A DNA stretch of 28,379 bases from a virus (Duplodnaviria; Heunggongvirae; Uroviricota; Caudoviricetes): IMG/VR virus record IMGVR_UViG_2541047785_000008. The stretch is one strand, 5' to 3'. The position numbers were made by a program, and so were the translations under genes. This document shows, one piece after another, positions 1 to 28,379 of the stretch (positions are counted from its first letter, which is position 1; each line of letters starts with the position of its first letter). The notes under the pieces were generated by a model. It made no database searches. It saw nothing but the letters and a program-made list of their open reading frames with translations, and was not told the origin of the DNA.

Positions 1-21799
<21,799 letters not shown>

Positions 21800-21800
21800 C

Positions 21801-21837
<37 letters not shown>

Positions 21838-21838
21838 A

Positions 21839-21904
<66 letters not shown>

Positions 21905-21965
21905 CGATAATCGTTATCATTTGCATTAATAGTTTAGTATACTAAACACAGTACTAAACTCTGGT

Positions 21966-22344
21966 TTACTGCGTTTGGCTTACTAAACGATGAGCAAGTA
22001 CAGGTACATGAAACGAATTATATATTGTTCCGTACTCAATTATTTCTAGCGATAATTCGATAAGCTGTCGTGCCGTATTCCTTTCATAACCATTAAAGGT
22101 AGCGGCATCGTGAATAGTTTTACCTATCTTAATTTTATTATTATGATAGTTATATGTAATGTACTTATGTTTCAGTACAAAATAGTCCTTACCAATATGA
22201 ATATCGATATAGTGCGGGGAGTTAATGCGGATGTGTATATCTATAATATCATCATAGTCATGGCGACTATATTCATATCCTCTTAAACCATTACTATCAA
22301 TTACAGTTGTACCGTTTAACGAATTGCATTACTACTTCGATCAT
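21966..22344 (-). CDS. hypothetical protein, about 125 aa, one apparent frameshift near 22300
   Basis: ATG at 22342-22344 with a strong GAGGTGA ribosome-binding site (MIEVVMQFVKR…), then a long open frame in another frame to TAA at 21966-21968 (…HDYDDIIDIHIRINSPHYIDIHIGKDYFVLKHKYITYNYHNNKIKIGK…). Confidence 0.4.
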
Positions 22345-22572
22345 AAGTTCACCTCATATTTATTGTACTATCCAGGAAGGATTTTATTATAGAAGGATGT
22401 AACGATGGGGGGAAGTTGGTTAGATATTGTGGAAGTACTTTAATCAGTTCGGTATCAATACTTTTTATTGTATCTTCATTGAATGATTCACCGCATTACA
22501 AATACCTTATCATCAGTTACCATTATACATAATCTTCTATACATATATCTTTCTAACATAGTTCATCCTTAT

Positions 22573-22597
22573 ATGAAGCGTCGTTGTGACGCTTCAT
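22573..22597. other. perfect 10-bp stem-loop, possible terminator after the 22611..23297 gene
   Basis: ATGAAGCGTC-gttgt-GACGCTTCAT, 13 nt beyond the minus-strand stop; the flanking T-tract is on the plus side only. Confidence 0.4.
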
Positions 22598-22610
22598 TAA
22601 TTATTATCAT

Positions 22611-23297
22611 TTATACAACTTTGTATGATTTAGTTACATACTCTTTAAAATCTTGCTCATCGGCATTTTTGGGGAATTCCTTCTTATACTCGGCGTAGTA
22701 TTCCTGTGCTTTAGAATTCATTTTACCTTTTGTATTTAGGTGAAATTCTTTACCATTCCATTTGGCATTGATGGGGTAAGTAGTGCGGTACTCTTCGCTA
22801 TAGGCTCGTAAAAACTCGTCTACGTCTGCCAGTTCGGGATTCTTTTTAATCAACTGTTGATAAACTGTATCCTTTAGCAATGCTGCTGGTAACTTCTTGT
22901 TGATCACATTGTAGCGGCGGCGTTCATCGTTCTTGGAATCGACAATAACAACTTCGAAGATCCTATTACCGTTCGGCTTAAGCTGTTTTGTCTTAGGTGC
23001 TGGTACTGTTGTATCTGCCTGTAATGTAGCTAACAGTTCTTCTACACTATCAAAAGTAGTAGATTCTTTTAATGCCGATTCTAAGAGCTTCTGTGCTTCT
23101 TTAATTCTTTCGGAATGAATGGTAGATATATACTCTTTTATATCTTCCAGGCGGCTTATCAGTATATCTACGTCTTTTTCTGTGACTTTTGCGAGTGCAT
23201 TGCGTCCGGCAGCATCGGCGGTTAACATTCCTATATGAAAGTCATCATGTAACACTGTCGAGATCATTTTCGATGTAATGCTTCTAATGCTTGACAT
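22611..23297 (-). CDS. hypothetical protein (228 aa), coiled-coil N-terminal half and Lys/Tyr-rich C-terminal half
   Basis: ORF track; no catalytic motif recognised. Confidence 0.5.
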   Translation of the reverse strand: MSSIRSITSKMISTVLHDDFHIGMLTADAAGRNALAKVTEKDVDILISRLEDIKEYISTIHSERIKEAQKLLESALKESTTFDSVEELLATLQADTTVPAPKTKQLKPNGNRIFEVVIVDSKNDERRRYNVINKKLPAALLKDTVYQQLIKKNPELADVDEFLRAYSEEYRTTYPINAKWNGKEFHLNTKGKMNSKAQEYYAEYKKEFPKNADEQDFKEYVTKSYKVV

Positions 23298-23484
23298 AGT
23301 ACAGCCTCGTTTGGTTTAAGTAACAATTATGCACAATCTGTTAGCTTTTAAATGTTATATACATGTAAATCCTTTATGGTTCTAATGATTTCAGTACTTA
23401 ACCTAAATTCGCGTATCAGTACTTCATAAGGTAACATACGGATCATTTCAATGTACAATACATTGAGTGAATGCAGGTCATCAT

Positions 23485-23682
23485 TCATAGTTTGATGTTT
23501 ACTCTTTTACGTTTAAGAAGGGATAGTAAAGCCTCATTATGCGTCCTGTACCACTCTTTACCGTCACTGAAAGGTTTATTAATATGGCGAGGATGTTTAG
23601 ACATTGTGACCGCACCAACTTTGCGGTTGCGGTCATCATAGACTTCGGTTATCAAACCACCTGCGATACAAACAATACGCAT
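23485..23682 (-). CDS. hypothetical small protein (65 aa)
   Basis: ORF track; basic C-terminus. Confidence 0.35.
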   Translation of the reverse strand: MRIVCIAGGLITEVYDDRNRKVGAVTMSKHPRHINKPFSDGKEWYRTHNEALLSLLKRKRVNIKL

Positions 23683-23751
23683 AGTAAGAGAACCACTATT
23701 ATATAAAAGTACTGAGATTCTTTTTCTACAGTATTGATTTCAATTTCCATT

Positions 23752-23838
23752 TTATAACCACACTAATAATAAAATAACAGAAGTGATGATTACGGCAAAA
23801 ATCAAATCAAATAGAGTTGGAATATCATTAAAAATCAT
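23752..23838 (-). CDS. 28-aa hydrophobic peptide (MIFNDIPTLFDLIFAVIITSVILLLVWL), putative small membrane peptide
   Basis: Its ATG overlaps the stop of the 23835..24071 gene (ATGA), suggesting translational coupling; too short for the ORF track. Confidence 0.25.
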   Translation of the reverse strand: MIFNDIPTLFDLIFAVIITSVILLLVWL

Positions 23839-24071
23839 AATGATTCCTCCTTTAAAAAATCGATAATCTCACCTTCACTAATAAAAATCTTACCATTGAG
23901 ATCTAACCGAAAGGTTTTGTCTTGTAGCATAAAAAATGTAAAAGTACTGGTAAGTGATTTGAAAGCTACTGATACTTGATCATTCTCCTTATCATAAATC
24001 TCTAGTACATTAAAATTCAGTTTCGATGCTTCAACTATGAGATTAGTAGATATACCTTCAAATATTATCAA
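23835..24071 (-). CDS. hypothetical protein (78 aa)
   Basis: ORF track. Confidence 0.4.
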   Translation of the reverse strand: MIIFEGISTNLIVEASKLNFNVLEIYDKENDQVSVAFKSLTSTFTFFMLQDKTFRLDLNGKIFISEGEIIDFLKEESL

Positions 24072-24229
24072 TACTCCCTACAATTAGATACAGTGTGATA
24101 AGAACAACTAATAGTACATGTTCTTTAGTGATAGTGAATGTCATAGTGTTAACTCCCGTGTCGTAATGACACTGTTTATACTATGATCGATAGTTACTAT
24201 AGTCAATGTGCATTAGTAAAATATTTTAG

Positions 24230-24258
24230 TTGTAGTTTTACAGCACCAGTACTATAGT
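24230..24258 (+). promoter_or_regulatory. sigma70-like promoter for the plus-strand small gene
   Basis: TTGTAG (24230-24235), 17-nt spacer, TATAGT (24253-24258); about 40 nt upstream of the ATG at 24296. Confidence 0.35.
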
Positions 24259-24295
24259 AAGTGTAACAAGCGAGATACTACTAAGGATTGAAAAA

Positions 24296-24481
24296 ATGAA
24301 TACAGTAACTTATGAAGTACGTGGTAACATCACCGACATTATCGTAAACGGTCAGTACGTTGGTGCAGTAGTAAAAGGTGACGATAACAAGTACCGTACA
24401 GTACATAAGAACAATGCTACATCTGGTACATTTACGGCGTTTCACTTTGCGGCATACCATGTAGAAAAAGCAGTACAATAA
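24296..24481 (+). CDS. hypothetical protein (61 aa), isolated plus-strand gene (moron-like)
   Basis: AAGGA ribosome-binding site 8 nt before the ATG; own promoter upstream and strong terminator downstream; opposite orientation to all neighbours. Confidence 0.5.
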   Translation: MNTVTYEVRGNITDIIVNGQYVGAVVKGDDNKYRTVHKNNATSGTFTAFHFAAYHVEKAVQ

Positions 24482-24485
24482 TAAT

Positions 24486-24508
24486 GGGGGATTTATCCCC
24501 CTTTTTTA
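24486..24508 (+). terminator. rho-independent terminator
   Basis: GGGGGA-ttta-TCCCCC followed by TTTTTT, 5 nt after the stop codon. Confidence 0.6.
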
Positions 24509-24520
24509 ATTATTTTCAGA

Positions 24521-24548
24521 TAATAAAAAGCCCGCTATATGCGGGCTT
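24521..24548 (-). terminator. rho-independent terminator for the minus-strand operon ending at 24555
   Basis: On the minus strand, AAGCCCGC-atata-GCGGGCTT followed by TTTTTATTA. Confidence 0.55.
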
Positions 24549-24554
24549 CACTTA

Positions 24555-24773
24555 TCAGTAGTCAGCTAAACAGTTGTTACCTGGTCGGCGATACTTATGA
24601 TCCAGTTCACTACACCATTGACCAGTCATTGGCAGTTGCTCACTATCATTTACTAACTTACCATTACCATCATAGATAATCTCTTGTGGGATGACTCCAC
24701 TGTTAGGCTCATTAGTATTAGCGAATGCATTAGTACAAAGTAATATTGCTACTACGGCGATTAATTTTTTCAT
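24555..24773 (-). CDS. small secreted protein (72 aa) with N-terminal signal peptide and two Cys
   Basis: MKKLIAVVAILLCTNAFA then NTNEP: basic N-region, hydrophobic core and A-x-A cleavage motif; mature part about 54 aa containing WCSELDHKYRRPGNNC. Confidence 0.5.
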   Translation of the reverse strand: MKKLIAVVAILLCTNAFANTNEPNSGVIPQEIIYDGNGKLVNDSEQLPMTGQWCSELDHKYRRPGNNCLADY

Positions 24774-24776
24774 ATA

Positions 24777-25109
<333 letters not shown>

Positions 25110-25114
25110 CTATA

Positions 25115-25258
25115 TCAATAGTTTCTATAATGTATTTGATTGTTTCGAATGAGTACAAACCGTTCAAGTACTGCCAAAATTTGTAGGTCATAATCACTAA
25201 GATTGGTTACATAGTAGAGATAACCCATCTTAGTTTTAAAGTATTCGATATTGTTCAT
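25115..25258 (-). CDS. hypothetical small protein (47 aa)
   Basis: ATG at 25256-25258 overlaps the upstream stop (ATGA); MNNIEYFKTKMGYLYYVTNLSDYDLQILAVLERFVLIRNNQIHYRNY. Confidence 0.3.
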   Translation of the reverse strand: MNNIEYFKTKMGYLYYVTNLSDYDLQILAVLERFVLIRNNQIHYRNY

Positions 25259-25470
25259 AGTGTCTGTAGTACATGCAGGATCTCTTCATCACTTAGAAAG
25301 CACTGTATCAACGCCTCAATAGTAATGAAGTGATGCGGTTTAATCTGACAGTATTTATGATAAAGTTGTTTTAATTCATTGATTAGGCTTTCTGGTGATG
25401 CATGTTGATACAAATCACAGATTTCGAGGCCATCATTAGTGATACGAATACCGTTATAGTGTAGATACAC
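25255..25470 (-). CDS. hypothetical protein; the open frame extends upstream to about 25587 with no canonical start (start uncertain or frameshifted)
   Basis: Track ORF with GTG start; the same frame is open for a further ~39 codons upstream (…KYNGLKVAFFYDSTGNGTKWGNEV…). Confidence 0.4.
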   Translation of the reverse strand: MYLHYNGIRITNDGLEICDLYQHASPESLINELKQLYHKYCQIKPHHFITIEALIQCFLSDEEILHVLQTL

Positions 25471-25587
25471 TTCATTACCCCATTTAGTACCATTACCTGT
25501 ACTATCATAGAAGAATGCAACCTTAAGGCCGTTGTACTTTCCAGTATTGTGTATTATTTGTTTAAATCCGGTTTCCGCTTCTGATTT

Positions 25588-25790
25588 TCATTTTTTATCC
25601 TTAATAATTTTATATTTCAGTACATCATTATAGTTATAAACTTCCAGTTCATAGGGATAGTTATCAGTACACCAGAATTGTATTGCATTGATGTACCCCC
25701 ATTCGTGATATTGTAGATAGTTATAGTACGGCGTGATGATTGTAGAACCGTCTTTGTGTCTGAGTTTAACTATATATTCTATGTTTATTT
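25588..25790 (-). CDS. open-frame fragment (about 66 codons, no start codon), probably part of a frameshifted small gene
   Basis: …KLRHKDGSTIITPYYNYLQYHEWGYINAIQFWCTDNYPYELEVYNYNDVLKYKIIKDKK then TGA overlapping the next ATG. Confidence 0.2.
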
Positions 25791-25794
25791 ATCC

Positions 25795-26236
<442 letters not shown>

Positions 26237-26249
26237 AGTGATAATGTGT

Positions 26250-26335
<86 letters not shown>

Positions 26336-26336
26336 G

Positions 26337-26459
<123 letters not shown>

Positions 26460-26460
26460 T

Positions 26461-26751
<291 letters not shown>

Positions 26752-26762
26752 AAGCACTTTTT

Positions 26763-28101
<1,339 letters not shown>

Positions 28102-28122
28102 TAATATTAAGGAGAATTTAAT

Positions 28123-28173
<51 letters not shown>

Positions 28174-28187
28174 TTCTTTTTACATAT

Positions 28188-28379
<192 letters not shown>

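Noticed and set aside
24281-24478. 65-aa minus-strand ORF
   Set aside because: Antisense to the plus-strand gene 24296..24481, which has a promoter, ribosome-binding site and terminator; the minus-strand product is Cys/Tyr-rich and implausible.

Overview
AT-rich double-stranded DNA phage or prophage segment. From about 2.3 to 21.8 kb it carries a complete lambda-like virion morphogenesis module, all on the minus strand: small terminase, GpA-family large terminase, lambda-type portal, a single ORF joining prohead protease, acidic scaffold and HK97-fold major capsid protein, two small head-tail joining genes, a long tail-fibre locus ending in an S74 intramolecular chaperone domain, major tail tube protein, G/T-like chaperones, tape measure protein, minor tail and tip-assembly proteins, and a gpJ-like central fibre. 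The left end (1-2.2 kb) holds small genes, a GIY-YIG-like nuclease and a plus-strand T4-type lysozyme. The right end (21.8-28.4 kb) is an accessory region with small overlapping genes, an HNH/AP2 homing-endonuclease-like gene, a plus-strand moron with its own promoter and terminator, and a ~1 kb non-coding stretch containing a tRNA-like element, terminators and two 33-bp direct repeats. Nearly every conserved gene is split into 2-4 frame pieces by apparent indels, so gene spans are given as merged intervals and many boundaries are approximate. All calls rest on reading the six-frame translations and the sequence by eye; no database search or computation was run. No CRISPR array, integrase, reverse transcriptase or rRNA was seen.
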